Source: Nitrospira sp. (lineage in GTDB: Bacteria; Nitrospirota; Nitrospiria; Nitrospirales; Nitrospiraceae). Taken from it: a stretch of DNA of 64,000 nucleotides. The stretch spans positions 24,512-88,511 of the forward strand of contig JAOUHJ010000001.1 of assembly GCA_029865225.1 (NCBI GenBank). Reading direction: 5' to 3'. The notes beneath the pieces are model-generated. The model had not been told where the DNA came from, did no database searches, and saw only the letters and a program-made list of their open reading frames with translations. The position numbers were made by a program, and so were the translations under genes. Below are positions 29,835 to 40,129 of this stretch, piece after piece. The number at the start of each line of letters is the position of its first letter. Position 1 is the first letter of the stretch.

Positions 29835-31730
29835 ATGCTCTACGCACTCATTCCACTCCTCCCGCTGGCCGCGTTTCTCGTCCTCGGCCTACGTGGTTCG
29901 CAGATCAGAGACCGCGCGCACGTCACCGCGGTTCCGGCGGTATTGCTATCATTCGTGTTGTCGCTTGCAGCCTTTATCGAAGTCGCCTCCGGTTCGGTGA
30001 TTTCTGTCCCACTCTACACATGGCTCGTATCGGGGGATCTCGATATTCACATCGGTCTCCATATCGATCGACTGACCGCTGTCATGCTCCTTCTGGTGAC
30101 AGGAGTCAGTTCGCTCGTCCACATTTATACGATCGGCTATATGCACGGCGATCCTGGCTATGCTCGGTTCTTCAGCTATATCGCCCTCTTTACGTTTTCC
30201 ATGCTGATGCTCGTGCTTGCCGACAACTTGCTCCAGCTCTTCATATTTTGGGAAGCCGTCGGGCTGTGTTCCTATCTCTTGATCGGACATTGGTACGAAC
30301 GCGCATCTGCCTGTGCGGCAGCCACCAAAGCCTTCCTCGTGAATCGAGTCGGGGATTTTGGTTTCATCCTGGGCCTGCTCCTGGTTTGGTATCATTTCGG
30401 ATCGCTGAACTACCTCGACATCTTTCCGGCTATCCATGAAGCAACCGATCTGACGATGAATCTCCTCGGCCCGTTCGGAGGCATCTGGGAGGTTTCTGTA
30501 TACACCCTGATCGCGCTCTTGTTGTTCGCCGGCGCGGTGGGTAAATCGGCACAAGTCCCTCTTCACGTCTGGTTGCCCGATGCAATGGAAGGCCCCACAC
30601 CCATCTCAGCACTCATTCATGCCGCCACCATGGTCACAGCTGGGGTCTTCATGGTCGCGCGGCTCGCCCCTATTTATAACTTGTCCCCCACGGCCATGAG
30701 CGTCGTGGCTGTGACCGGCGCCGCCACGATGGTCCTTGGCGCGACGATCGCCTTGACTCAGACCGACATCAAACGTGTGGTGGCCTACTCGACTGTGAGT
30801 CAACTCGGCTACATGATCATGGCCTGTGGCCTTGGGGCCTATGCCTCAGGCATGTACCATCTCCTGACCCATGGTGCCTTCAAGGCCTTGCTGTTTCTCG
30901 GTTGTGGCTCGGTCATCATCGCGCTCCACCATGAGCAGGACATGCGACAGATGGGTGGTCTCAAAGACAAACTGCCGACCACCTATTGGACGTTTGTGGT
31001 GGGTTCATTGGCTCTCGCCGGGTTTCCACTCACAGCGGGTTTTTTTAGCAAGGATGAGATTCTCGTCTCGGCCTGGTCGTCGGGAGAACTTGGTCAGGTC
31101 TTGACCGTCTTGGGTCTGCTGACGGCGCTGTTGACCGCCTTCTATAGCTTCAGACTGGTGTTCGTCGTGTTTTGGGGTTCTTCGCGTGTCGACCCGCACC
31201 ATGCGGCCCACATTCATGAACCTTCGCAGACGATGACGAGGCCACTGCTTATTCTGGCCGGCCTCAGCATACTGACCGGATATCTTGGCATCCCATCATT
31301 TTTGGAGCCGGTCTTTTCTACCGGACAAGAGACCGCCGCTCAGCACGGTTCCGATGGCTTCACCATCATGTTGACCGCGACAGGCTTGGGCCTGCTCGGC
31401 ATTGCCGCAGCCTATTATTTCTACGTGATGAACCCTGATCTGCCCGACCGCTTGGCCAGGCGGTGGAGAAGCCTCTACGAAGCCTCTCTCAACAAATGGT
31501 ACGTCGATGAGCTGTATGACGCCCTGTTCGTACAACCGACATTCCGGTCAGCGTCCACGCTTTGGAAACGGGTCGATGTCCACGTGATCGATGGAGCCGT
31601 CAATGGAATCGCTCGGGCCATTACGTGGGGAGGATGGATATTGAGGCTCATCCAGAGCGGCCAAACTCAACACTATGCGCTGGGAATGGCCCTAGGCATT
31701 GTTGTTTTGACGGCTTATCTTCTCCTGTGA
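29835..31730 (+). CDS. nuoL: NADH-quinone oxidoreductase subunit L
   Basis: 631 aa antiporter-like subunit (WEAVGLCSYLLIGHW, LHVWLPDAMEGPTPISALIHAATMV). A C-terminal lateral-helix region is present. Confidence 0.94.
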   Translation: MLYALIPLLPLAAFLVLGLRGSQIRDRAHVTAVPAVLLSFVLSLAAFIEVASGSVISVPLYTWLVSGDLDIHIGLHIDRLTAVMLLLVTGVSSLVHIYTIGYMHGDPGYARFFSYIALFTFSMLMLVLADNLLQLFIFWEAVGLCSYLLIGHWYERASACAAATKAFLVNRVGDFGFILGLLLVWYHFGSLNYLDIFPAIHEATDLTMNLLGPFGGIWEVSVYTLIALLLFAGAVGKSAQVPLHVWLPDAMEGPTPISALIHAATMVTAGVFMVARLAPIYNLSPTAMSVVAVTGAATMVLGATIALTQTDIKRVVAYSTVSQLGYMIMACGLGAYASGMYHLLTHGAFKALLFLGCGSVIIALHHEQDMRQMGGLKDKLPTTYWTFVVGSLALAGFPLTAGFFSKDEILVSAWSSGELGQVLTVLGLLTALLTAFYSFRLVFVVFWGSSRVDPHHAAHIHEPSQTMTRPLLILAGLSILTGYLGIPSFLEPVFSTGQETAAQHGSDGFTIMLTATGLGLLGIAAAYYFYVMNPDLPDRLARRWRSLYEASLNKWYVDELYDALFVQPTFRSASTLWKRVDVHVIDGAVNGIARAITWGGWILRLIQSGQTQHYALGMALGIVVLTAYLLL

Positions 31731-31821
31731 TGGTGATGAATAGAATGACAGGGAGCGAACCCAGCATGAGCCGACTTAAACACGAGACACCATCCTCCAC
31801 ATTCGCCGAGCAGGAAGCCCG

Positions 31822-33429
31822 ATGAGCGGTTTCCCCTGGCTTACAATCTTGATTTTCCTCCCGCTGTTAGGAGCAGCAGCGATCTTTGCCGTCAAGGATG
31901 CCTCTGTGCGGCTCGTTGCGCTGGGCATTACCGTTGCCAACCTTCTGATCTCGCTACCACTCTGGTGGCTGTTCGATGCGTCGTCCGATCAGATGCAATT
32001 TGTCGAATCGGCCCGATGGATCCCCCCTCTCTTCATCTATTACAAGCTTGGTCTGGACGGAATCAGCCTGCCGCTCGTGATCATGACAACCATCCTGATG
32101 CCGCTCTGCGTTCTGATCTCCTGGCGCGCCATAGAGACGAGAGTTCGGAGTTTTATGGCCATGCTGTTGATCATGGAATGCGCCATGATCGGCGTCTTCT
32201 GTGCGTTGGATTTCGTCCTGTTCTACGTATTTTGGGAGGCGATGCTGATCCCGATGTATCTGTTGATCGGCATCTGGGGCGGGCCGAACCGTCTCTATGC
32301 GGCCATCAAATTCTTCTTGTATACCTTCGCCGGCAGCGTCCTTTTGCTGGTCGCGATCATGGTCCTCTATTTCCAGGGCGGCCATACGTTCGACGTTCTG
32401 GCGCTGAGCCAGCAGACCTACGGACTGGGACTTCAGATCTGGCTCTTTGTCTCCTTCTTCGTCGCGTTCGCCGTCAAAATTCCCATGTTTCCCTTCCATA
32501 CCTGGCTCCCGGACGCGCACGTAGAAGCCCCCACGGCCGGCAGCGTGATTCTCGCGAGCGTCCTGCTCAAGATGGGGACCTATGGTTTTCTACGCTTCAG
32601 CCTCCCCATGTTGCCGGATGCGTCTCGGCTTCTCACTCCGTTGATGGTCATCCTGTCGATCGTGGCGATCATCTACGGCGCCTATATGGCCCTGGCTCAG
32701 GCTGACCTCAAAAAACTCATTGCCTATTCAAGCGTCAGTCACATGGGATTCGTCACGCTTGGACTCTTCATGTTCAATATCCAAGGCATCGAGGGTGCCG
32801 TCATGCAGATGGTGAACCACGGGATCACCACCGGCGGGCTTTTTCTCTGTGTGGGCATGATCTACGAGCGGACCCATAGCCGTCAGATTGCCGACAATAT
32901 CGGACTCACGAAGCCGATGCCTCGCTATGCCACGTTCCTGGTTATTTTTGCGCTCTCCTCGCTGGGTCTTCCCGGCACGAACAGTTTCGTGGGCGAGTTC
33001 CTGGTCCTCGTCGGCACATTCCTCTGGAGCAAGATCGCCGCCGCGCTGGCGTCTTTGGGGATTATCCTCGCTGCTGCCTACCTCCTCTGGATGATTCAAC
33101 GGGTCGCCTTCGGCGTACCGGCCGCGCACCTGCTTCCAAAGCTGCACGATTGCAGCCCCCGCGAGATGGCGACGCTGGTGCCGCTCGTAGTCCTGATTTT
33201 TTGGATCGGGTTGTTTCCGAATCCGATTCTATCTCGAATGCACACCAGCGTGGAGAAAGTGATCGCGCGCGTGATGCCGGCTTCCCAGGAGGAGACAGCC
33301 GCGAGCCATCGCCAGAATTCCTTGTCTGCACGACCTGCGCTGTCCGCAAATCTTGAGGGAACTAGTGATCGAGAAGCGCCCCTTCCTCCACACTTCGCCA
33401 CTATCCCGACGAAGGAACAGCAACCATGA
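31822..33429 (+). CDS. nuoM: NADH-quinone oxidoreductase subunit M
   Basis: 535 aa antiporter-like subunit (FHTWLPDAHVEAPTAGSVILASVLLKMG). The hydrophilic C-terminal roughly 55 aa look like an extension. Confidence 0.93.
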   Translation: MSGFPWLTILIFLPLLGAAAIFAVKDASVRLVALGITVANLLISLPLWWLFDASSDQMQFVESARWIPPLFIYYKLGLDGISLPLVIMTTILMPLCVLISWRAIETRVRSFMAMLLIMECAMIGVFCALDFVLFYVFWEAMLIPMYLLIGIWGGPNRLYAAIKFFLYTFAGSVLLLVAIMVLYFQGGHTFDVLALSQQTYGLGLQIWLFVSFFVAFAVKIPMFPFHTWLPDAHVEAPTAGSVILASVLLKMGTYGFLRFSLPMLPDASRLLTPLMVILSIVAIIYGAYMALAQADLKKLIAYSSVSHMGFVTLGLFMFNIQGIEGAVMQMVNHGITTGGLFLCVGMIYERTHSRQIADNIGLTKPMPRYATFLVIFALSSLGLPGTNSFVGEFLVLVGTFLWSKIAAALASLGIILAAAYLLWMIQRVAFGVPAAHLLPKLHDCSPREMATLVPLVVLIFWIGLFPNPILSRMHTSVEKVIARVMPASQEETAASHRQNSLSARPALSANLEGTSDREAPLPPHFATIPTKEQQP

Positions 33430-34892
33430 CATTCTCAGTCGGAGACCTCTTTCTGATCCTACCGGAGCTGCTCGTCATCACGACGGCCTGCATCGTGCTT
33501 GTACTGGATCCGGTGCTGCGGAGGCCCGATAAGGACGGCCTGGTGTGGTTAAGTCTGGGAACGCTTGCCATTTGCATGGGACTCACAGCCTCTCAGATCG
33601 GTGAGCAGACCTTGATTTTCAGCGGTCTTGTCGTCATCGATACCTATGGAGCCTTCTGGAAGTTGCTCCTCTACTTCGTCACCGGCCTCACCATCCTGCT
33701 TTCTTATTCGTACCTCAAGGAGGAACGCCTCTATTTCGGCGAATACTATGGGTTCATCCTGCTCGCGCTCACCGGAATGATGGTCATGGTATCGGCGTCC
33801 GATCTGCTGACGATCTATCTTGGAACTGAGTTGATGTCTCTTTCACTGTACACGATAACTGGACTCAAGCGCGCCGAACCACGTTCGCTCGAAGCTTCCG
33901 CAAAATATTTCGTGTTGGGCGCATTTTCATCCGGCATTCTGCTCTACGGCATTTCGCTCCTCTATGGAGCAACCGGTAGTACAAGGCTCCCGCAGATCGC
34001 CACAGCCATAGCAGGTCAAGGACTGAGCGAGCCGTTACTCCTGTTTGCGACAATCTTGCTCGCGGTTGGATTCGGATTTAAGCTCGCCGTCGTGCCGTTT
34101 CACATGTGGACCCCCGATGTCTATCAAGGCGCCCCAACCTCGGTGACGGCATTCATGGCAGTCGCCTCAAAAGCCGCCAGTTTCGGGGCATTTCTTCGGG
34201 TGTTTGTGGAAGGCCTTGGAGGGCTCAAGGCAAACTGGTCTGCGACGTTTCTTTTGCTCTGCATCGCCACGCTCTTGATCGGGAACATCGTCGCGTTGGT
34301 CCAAACCAACGTCAAGCGCATGTTGGCCTACTCAAGCATCGCCCATGCGGGCTACGCGCTGATCGGAGTGGTGGCTGCCGGCCGGATCGAACAGTCCTCC
34401 GGCATCGCCAGCGTTCTCCTGTATCTCTCGCTGTACACCTTCATGACCTTCGGGGCGTTCGCGATCGTCGCGATGCTGCGTAAAGGCGGTGTCGAAGGAG
34501 AAGAGATCGAAGACTTTACAGGGCTTGCAAAACGCCACCCCATGGCCGCGCTTTTGATGCTGATTTTCATGGTCTCCCTGGCTGGGATTCCTCCGACTGC
34601 CGGCTTCGTTGGGAAATTGTATATCTTCCTATCGGCGGTGGAGGCAGGCCTGACATGGCTGGCAGCTCTTGCCCTGATTTTTGCCGCCATTTCGGCCTAT
34701 TACTATCTGCGGCTGGTCATGGTGATGTACATGCGAGAGCCGAGCGATCAGTCGGACAGCGCTCCACGCTTGGTGATGTCCCCGACTCTCTCCATCGTCT
34801 TGGCCTGTGCGGTCGCCGGGGTTGTCATCTTCGGGGTCTACCCCAACCCCCTCGTGAGTTTCGCGACGCAGGCTGTGTCGACACTCAAATAA
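33426..34892 (+). CDS. nuoN: NADH-quinone oxidoreductase subunit N
   Basis: 488 aa antiporter-like subunit (PFHMWTPDVYQGAPTSVTAFMAV). It overlaps the nuoM stop by 4 nt. Confidence 0.93.
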   Translation: MTFSVGDLFLILPELLVITTACIVLVLDPVLRRPDKDGLVWLSLGTLAICMGLTASQIGEQTLIFSGLVVIDTYGAFWKLLLYFVTGLTILLSYSYLKEERLYFGEYYGFILLALTGMMVMVSASDLLTIYLGTELMSLSLYTITGLKRAEPRSLEASAKYFVLGAFSSGILLYGISLLYGATGSTRLPQIATAIAGQGLSEPLLLFATILLAVGFGFKLAVVPFHMWTPDVYQGAPTSVTAFMAVASKAASFGAFLRVFVEGLGGLKANWSATFLLLCIATLLIGNIVALVQTNVKRMLAYSSIAHAGYALIGVVAAGRIEQSSGIASVLLYLSLYTFMTFGAFAIVAMLRKGGVEGEEIEDFTGLAKRHPMAALLMLIFMVSLAGIPPTAGFVGKLYIFLSAVEAGLTWLAALALIFAAISAYYYLRLVMVMYMREPSDQSDSAPRLVMSPTLSIVLACAVAGVVIFGVYPNPLVSFATQAVSTLK

Positions 34893-34930
34893 GTCGTCGT
34901 GTCTGTTTACTGATTCATGTGCGACGCATC

Positions 34931-35779
34931 ATGAATGTCCTCCGCTTTTTCCTTGCTGCATTGAAGGCGTTCTTGCGGCAAGGGTGCCCCAGCTTGGCCG
35001 CTGCCCTCGCGTTTTTCTCGCTCCTCTCGCTCTTTCCACTCGTGTTCCTCCTGCTCTATGGAATCAGCTTTCTTGTCAGCCAAGAGGTCATCGGTGAACA
35101 ATTCATGCTGAGCTTCCTCAAAGGTTTCCTCCCTTCCCTGGGCGAACGATTGGCTGATGAGCTCCACCGGATCAGTTCATTGGAAAGCGTGCGATGGCTC
35201 GTGTTCTTATCGTTTTTCTGGTTTGGCGGGCTCGTCTTCTACGAACTCGACTATGCGCTCAACGTGGTCTTTGAGAGCACCCAAAAACGGCATCCGTTGA
35301 TTTCCACAGGAATTTCTATCGCGCTATTAGGTTCTACGGGACTTCTCCTCTTTGTTGCGTACGTGGCTACGGAAACCATCACGTTCTTGACCGCCTATGC
35401 GCCTCGCCTCTGGGGTCTCGACCTTGTCGCCTTGGCTGCCCACGAGTTCCATCTGACGTATACCCTGCCCTTTGCGCTCGCGTTCCTGGCCGTGAGTCTC
35501 TTGTATCGCCTCGTTCCTCGACGCCGACCACGATGGCGAGACGCCATGGCGGGAGCACTGACGTTCGGCTTGCTCTGGGTTTCAACGAAAGTCATCTTCG
35601 TCAGCTATGGCGGTTACGCCACCGTCTACGCGCGCCTCTATGGATCACTACTGGAAATCGTGCTCTTACTGTTGTGGGTCTACTATTCAGCGGGACTGTT
35701 GCTGTTCGGTGGGGTGATCGCACACAAGCTTCAACAGCTTGCTCGAATCACACGGCCGCTGCCGCCCGAACGGCCCTAA
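34931..35779 (+). CDS. yihY: YihY/BrkB-family inner-membrane protein
   Basis: I take the start at ATG 34931, because the track ORF start at 34655 overlaps nuoN. AAALAFFSLLSLFPL and YGSLLEIVLLLLWVYYSAGLLLFG are typical of the YihY/ribonuclease-BN-like family. Confidence 0.8.
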   Translation: MNVLRFFLAALKAFLRQGCPSLAAALAFFSLLSLFPLVFLLLYGISFLVSQEVIGEQFMLSFLKGFLPSLGERLADELHRISSLESVRWLVFLSFFWFGGLVFYELDYALNVVFESTQKRHPLISTGISIALLGSTGLLLFVAYVATETITFLTAYAPRLWGLDLVALAAHEFHLTYTLPFALAFLAVSLLYRLVPRRRPRWRDAMAGALTFGLLWVSTKVIFVSYGGYATVYARLYGSLLEIVLLLLWVYYSAGLLLFGGVIAHKLQQLARITRPLPPERP

Positions 35780-35916
35780 CCTTCGCTCAGCCGCTCTCTT
35801 GTCCGTAGCTGTTTCGCTAAATCCAGCCGACCAGTCGTTGCAACTTCCAGCCTTTTTCTGGCGACAGTTCAGCTTCCTCGATAAAATGGCTACCGGCAAG
35901 GCTTAGAGCCAACCGC

Positions 35917-37272
35917 ATGATTGAAGAACACGGCAAAGAGCTGATGATGTTAGGCGGAACCATAGCTGGGTTTATCGCCGCTCTCCTCACCGTGTTTGAA
36001 CGTCTCCTCAATATTCAACAGCGCCTCCAATTACAGCGAGAGAAGAAGCCACTCCCGCAACCAGAACGCCGCCCCGTGACCGCCACACCATGCAGCGGTT
36101 TCTTTTCCTCGAAGCCACTGTACGGGTCTTCTTACCTGATCGTGTACGAGGTCGGCGTTATCGTTGCCGCGGGAGTGCTTCTCAACTATGTCGGTCTGAC
36201 GCTCAGCCGCCATCTCGAAAGCATTCTGTTTCTCGATATGACAGGGACTGCCTTGGCCGCAATTTTACTGGGCCCGTGGCTGGGTGCCATCGTCGCACTC
36301 CTCTCGAATTCTGTCGTGAATTGGCTGCTCTTCCCCGAAGCGGGAGCTGAAGTCATCATCTTCCCCTGGTCACTCGTCAACATGGCAGGGGCGTTATTTT
36401 GGGGAATGTTGGCACGGCAACCGAGGTTTCTCAAATACGTGCGCACGAGTAAAAGCTCGGGTGCTGCGCATGCCTGGTTTCTGCTCAGCTTCGGCGTGGC
36501 CGGTGCGGTGGTCATGAGCATTCCCGGTACCCTTGTCCAATCAGCGCTGCATGAACGCGCAATTCTGGCGTTGAATCCGGACGTGGCGGAAGCCCTCAGC
36601 ATCAGGATTTCACAATGGGAGGCGGCGGTCCGCGTGTTCCTGGATACGGCCCTCGGCCTCCACTGGAGCCAAAATATCAGCTGGTACGTCGTCAACTGGT
36701 TTCAAACCTGCGTGCGATACATCCCTGATAAGACGATGAGTGCAGCGATCGCGCTGGTCATCCTGAAATACGGCTATCCGCTCTTCGAGCGGGAGCTGGT
36801 TCACGGCGGACCGGAAGGAGAACGCCCAGGGGATGCACGCATCCTTCCATTGGTGCTTGGACTCCTCTACGCCCCATCGTACGCGTCGCTCATCAGCCAT
36901 GAGGACTACTCTGGACACCTCTACTGGCCATTGTGGAGTATCCCCTGGCTCTTTATCCTGTACGGCTATTTCAGAATCCGCTATTTTGGATCGACGGACG
37001 AAGCCCTTCGTGTGGCCCGCATGCAGCGAGCCGAGCGATATGCGCGGGCACTTAAACCTGTCGGGAAGGAACCTTCTTACGAATTCTGTCGTCGGCTGAC
37101 GCTCGCGACGCTGATCGCGAGCCTGCTCTTTGCCCTCTGCTTGCCGGTTCTCCTGATGGATTTCTACCAAGTGACATTCAAATTCTTTTGCGTGGTCTAC
37201 GGCTTTCTACTCGTCGTCCATCTGGTTCGCGTGGCCATTGCACAAAACATTTCCGTCGCTCGCACAGACTGA
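35917..37272 (+). CDS. polytopic membrane protein, function unknown (core resembles ECF-transporter S components)
   Basis: 451 aa with many TM segments. The segment FLDMTGTALAAILLGPWLGAIVALLSNSV resembles the conserved first loop/helix of ECF S-component-type membrane proteins. That resemblance is from memory and unverified. Confidence 0.55.
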   Translation: MIEEHGKELMMLGGTIAGFIAALLTVFERLLNIQQRLQLQREKKPLPQPERRPVTATPCSGFFSSKPLYGSSYLIVYEVGVIVAAGVLLNYVGLTLSRHLESILFLDMTGTALAAILLGPWLGAIVALLSNSVVNWLLFPEAGAEVIIFPWSLVNMAGALFWGMLARQPRFLKYVRTSKSSGAAHAWFLLSFGVAGAVVMSIPGTLVQSALHERAILALNPDVAEALSIRISQWEAAVRVFLDTALGLHWSQNISWYVVNWFQTCVRYIPDKTMSAAIALVILKYGYPLFERELVHGGPEGERPGDARILPLVLGLLYAPSYASLISHEDYSGHLYWPLWSIPWLFILYGYFRIRYFGSTDEALRVARMQRAERYARALKPVGKEPSYEFCRRLTLATLIASLLFALCLPVLLMDFYQVTFKFFCVVYGFLLVVHLVRVAIAQNISVARTD

Positions 37273-37327
37273 CGGAGCATGACGAATCTCCACGGGTTCC
37301 TAGTCCATAGGTAACCGTCATACTCAC

Positions 37328-38494
37328 CTAGCGCCCTGAAGAACTTCGAAGCCGCAAAAAATGGACAATGGCTGATTGGGTTACCAAACCAACAACGTCT
37401 CCATCTTTTACGACAACCAAGCGATCCCATCCTCCACGAGCCATTCGTTCCATCGCATGAATCACCCGTGCCTCCTGGTCGATCACCAATGACTCCGAAA
37501 CTGGGCGCATCACCTGGTCAACTCGGCGCCAGGCCCAGAGTGCCGGCGCCACAGCCTGCACCTCGGAGACCGTCACCAGCCCGACCAACCGACCATCTGC
37601 CAAGACCGGAAACCCTCCGTATCCATAGGCCTGGAAGTACCGATTCACGGTTTCATCAAGGGTACACTGCGCAGGGATCGAGACCACTGTAGTGACCATC
37701 AAATTCCGGATAGGGATCGTTGCCAAAGTCTGACGTACCACAGCCTGGCGGCGACTTGCCTGTGCCGCAGCAAACAGAAACATGCCGATGAACACGATCC
37801 ATCCTCCGTTCGACATCATGGAAGCAGGCAGGTCCCCGCTCGCGGCCCTGTAGGCGATCACAAGACCGACAAAACCCAATATCGCCCCAAATGTAAGGCC
37901 GACAACCGCAGCTTGTTTCGTCGCACGATAAAAGTCTTTTCCCCAAGCCCAGAGTCCGGCACGCAGCACTCTCCCGCCATCAAGGGGAAACCCCGGGATC
38001 AAATTGAACAACCCGAGTTGCACATTCACCATGCCCAACAAGGCACCGAGCATGATCACCCCCTGAAGCCCCTGTTGTTGGAGAGATTCCGCCAAAATCA
38101 CGAACAGAAGACAGGTCCCACCAATCGCAAAACTTACGACTGGTCCTGCGACGGCGATGAGAAATTCCGCCTTTGGTGAGGGAGCTTCCCTGCGCATGTG
38201 GGCCACCCCGCCAAAAATGAATAGGGTGATCTGTTCGATCGGGATGCGATAGTGCAGGGCCACATAGGAATGTCCGAGTTCATGGAGCAAGACGGAGAAA
38301 AACAGAAGAACCGCCGCCACTGCCCCCATCGCCCAATAGCGCTCAGGCGAGAGACCAGGCAGGTTATCCGGCAGATACCCGGTGGAGAGACTCCACGTCA
38401 CCAATAAAAAGACGAGAAACCAGGATGCATGGACACGAATGGGAATTCCCAATGCACGCCCGATTTCCCAGGACGGCAGATGCATGGAGAACAC
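37328..38494 (-). CDS. site-2 protease family (M50) zinc metalloprotease with C-terminal CBS pair
   Basis: 388 aa. HELGHSYVA (HExxH) lies in a TM helix and NLIPGFPLDGGRVLRA (the LDG motif) is present. The C-terminal half has two CBS-like repeats (VVSIP...FPVLADGRLVGLVT and VIDQE...LVVVKDGDVVGLVT). Confidence 0.88.
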   Translation of the reverse strand: MFSMHLPSWEIGRALGIPIRVHASWFLVFLLVTWSLSTGYLPDNLPGLSPERYWAMGAVAAVLLFFSVLLHELGHSYVALHYRIPIEQITLFIFGGVAHMRREAPSPKAEFLIAVAGPVVSFAIGGTCLLFVILAESLQQQGLQGVIMLGALLGMVNVQLGLFNLIPGFPLDGGRVLRAGLWAWGKDFYRATKQAAVVGLTFGAILGFVGLVIAYRAASGDLPASMMSNGGWIVFIGMFLFAAAQASRRQAVVRQTLATIPIRNLMVTTVVSIPAQCTLDETVNRYFQAYGYGGFPVLADGRLVGLVTVSEVQAVAPALWAWRRVDQVMRPVSESLVIDQEARVIHAMERMARGGWDRLVVVKDGDVVGLVTQSAIVHFLRLRSSSGR

Positions 38495-38612
38495 CGTAAC
38501 AGCCGACGACTCATAGGGTCAATTTGCCCTCCTCGATCACATAGCCTCGTTTGTATGTAACAAAATCGGTTTGGCCTGGCGATCTGGCATGTGTTTCACG
38601 TATAAGAAGCCC

Positions 38613-39011
38613 ATGAACGTGAAAAAGCTTCTCCATACCAGAATGCGGGTCAGCGACCTGGATGAGACCATTCGGTTTTATACGACCGTGCTGGGTCTTG
38701 AGGTGATCGAGCGAAAGACCTCTCCTCGTGGGTCGCATCTCGCGTTCCTGCGTGTGCCCAATAGTGACGAGTTGATTGAATTGACCAGTTTCCCACCCAG
38801 TGGCCCGGTCAAGGTTCAAGAGGATCTCGTCCACCTCGCATTCCAAGTGGAAAGCCTCGACGAGACGATTGCGTCGCTCAATGCCCAAGGGGTCAAGATT
38901 ACCGATGGGCCGACGAAGACGTCCTCCGGGAGCCGATTCATCTTTATCGATGCGCCGGACGGCTACGAAATCGAGTTGATCGAACGGCCTGCAGGAGTGA
39001 AGATCGTCTAG
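38613..39011 (+). CDS. gloA: VOC-family glyoxalase I-like protein (lactoylglutathione lyase type)
   Basis: I take the start at ATG 38613 (MNVKKLLHTRMRVSDLDETIRFYTTVLGLEV). The metal-ligand pattern H...E...H...E (HT, ELT, HLAF, YEIELIE) is collinear with E. coli GloA as I recall it. Confidence 0.72.
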   Translation: MNVKKLLHTRMRVSDLDETIRFYTTVLGLEVIERKTSPRGSHLAFLRVPNSDELIELTSFPPSGPVKVQEDLVHLAFQVESLDETIASLNAQGVKITDGPTKTSSGSRFIFIDAPDGYEIELIERPAGVKIV

Positions 39012-39167
39012 CCACCCCGTCATTGGTCATTCGTCGTCGGTCATTTTCCGCGAGCAAGTCCTGTTCTCAGATCTGCGACCAATGACTATTGACCAGTAAC
39101 GGATGACCCCAGTATCGTTCGTGCGGTTCCTGATCAATAGACGAAAAGAGGAGAAAGGACTGATCGG

Positions 39168-40037
39168 ATGAAAAATGCTTTTTTCCGCGGACATGGCCTG
39201 GGCAACGATTACATTGTGATGGATCCCAAGGAACTGAGCGTAAAGCTCACACCGAAAGTGATTAAAGCGATCTGTGATCGCAATTGGGGGCTGGGAAGTG
39301 ACGGCATTCTGGCCGTGGTCCCCTCGAAGAAAGCCGATTTCGGGCTGCGCATCTTCAACCCTGACGGCAGTGAAGCGGAAAAATCTGGAAATGGGCTTCG
39401 AATTTTTGCTCGCTACCTCCACGCTACAGGCAAGACCAAGAAGAAGCGCTTCACGGTTGAGACCAAAGGCGGGCTGGTTACCATCGATCTGCACATAGAC
39501 CGGTATGGAGACGCCAGCGCCGCGACGGTCGAGATGGGGAACGCCATGTTTACACCGGATGCGTTACCCTGCTCCTTGAACGTACCAGAATTGATTCAGC
39601 AGCCTATCGAGGCTGCGGGGCGTTCGTTGGTCTTCACCGGCGTCAGTGTTGGGAACCCGCATTGCGTGGTCTTTCGACCGGCTGGCCAATCCTGGTCTCG
39701 GGAAGAACTGCTACAGTTTGGCCCTGCCTTGGAAAATCATACCCTGTTCCCGAAACGAACCAATGTTCAGTTGGCTATCCCAACCGGACCAAAGGAGATC
39801 TTCATCCTGATTTGGGAGCGGGGCGCTGGAGAGACACAGGCGTCCGGCTCATCCTCCTGCGCAGCGGCCAGCGCCGCGGTGCGGTTAGGACTGGTGAAGG
39901 CTCCCGTCACGGTGAAAATGCCGGGTGGTGTCCTGAACATCAGTGTGGGGCAAGACTTCAGCTTGACGATGAAAGGGCCGGTGGCCGAAGTCGCACGAGG
40001 GACATTGAGTCCATCGTTTGTGCGCGGGCTGAAGTAG
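39168..40037 (+). CDS. dapF: diaminopimelate epimerase
   Basis: 289 aa. GHGLGNDYIVMD, SVGNPHCVVF and ERGAGETQASGSSSCAA provide the two catalytic Cys contexts. Confidence 0.92.
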   Translation: MKNAFFRGHGLGNDYIVMDPKELSVKLTPKVIKAICDRNWGLGSDGILAVVPSKKADFGLRIFNPDGSEAEKSGNGLRIFARYLHATGKTKKKRFTVETKGGLVTIDLHIDRYGDASAATVEMGNAMFTPDALPCSLNVPELIQQPIEAAGRSLVFTGVSVGNPHCVVFRPAGQSWSREELLQFGPALENHTLFPKRTNVQLAIPTGPKEIFILIWERGAGETQASGSSSCAAASAAVRLGLVKAPVTVKMPGGVLNISVGQDFSLTMKGPVAEVARGTLSPSFVRGLK

Positions 40038-40129
40038 CGCCTCCGCAAATCCCGTCTGCCATACGCCAATCGGCAGACATGTTGCGTTGACGCCTGGTAT
40101 TCTTACGATTGATACATGAGAATTGGCGC

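Noticed and set aside
38511-39023. 170-aa minus-strand ORF opposite the gloA-like gene
   Set aside because: The plus-strand frame shows the VOC/glyoxalase metal-ligand pattern. The minus frame has no features.
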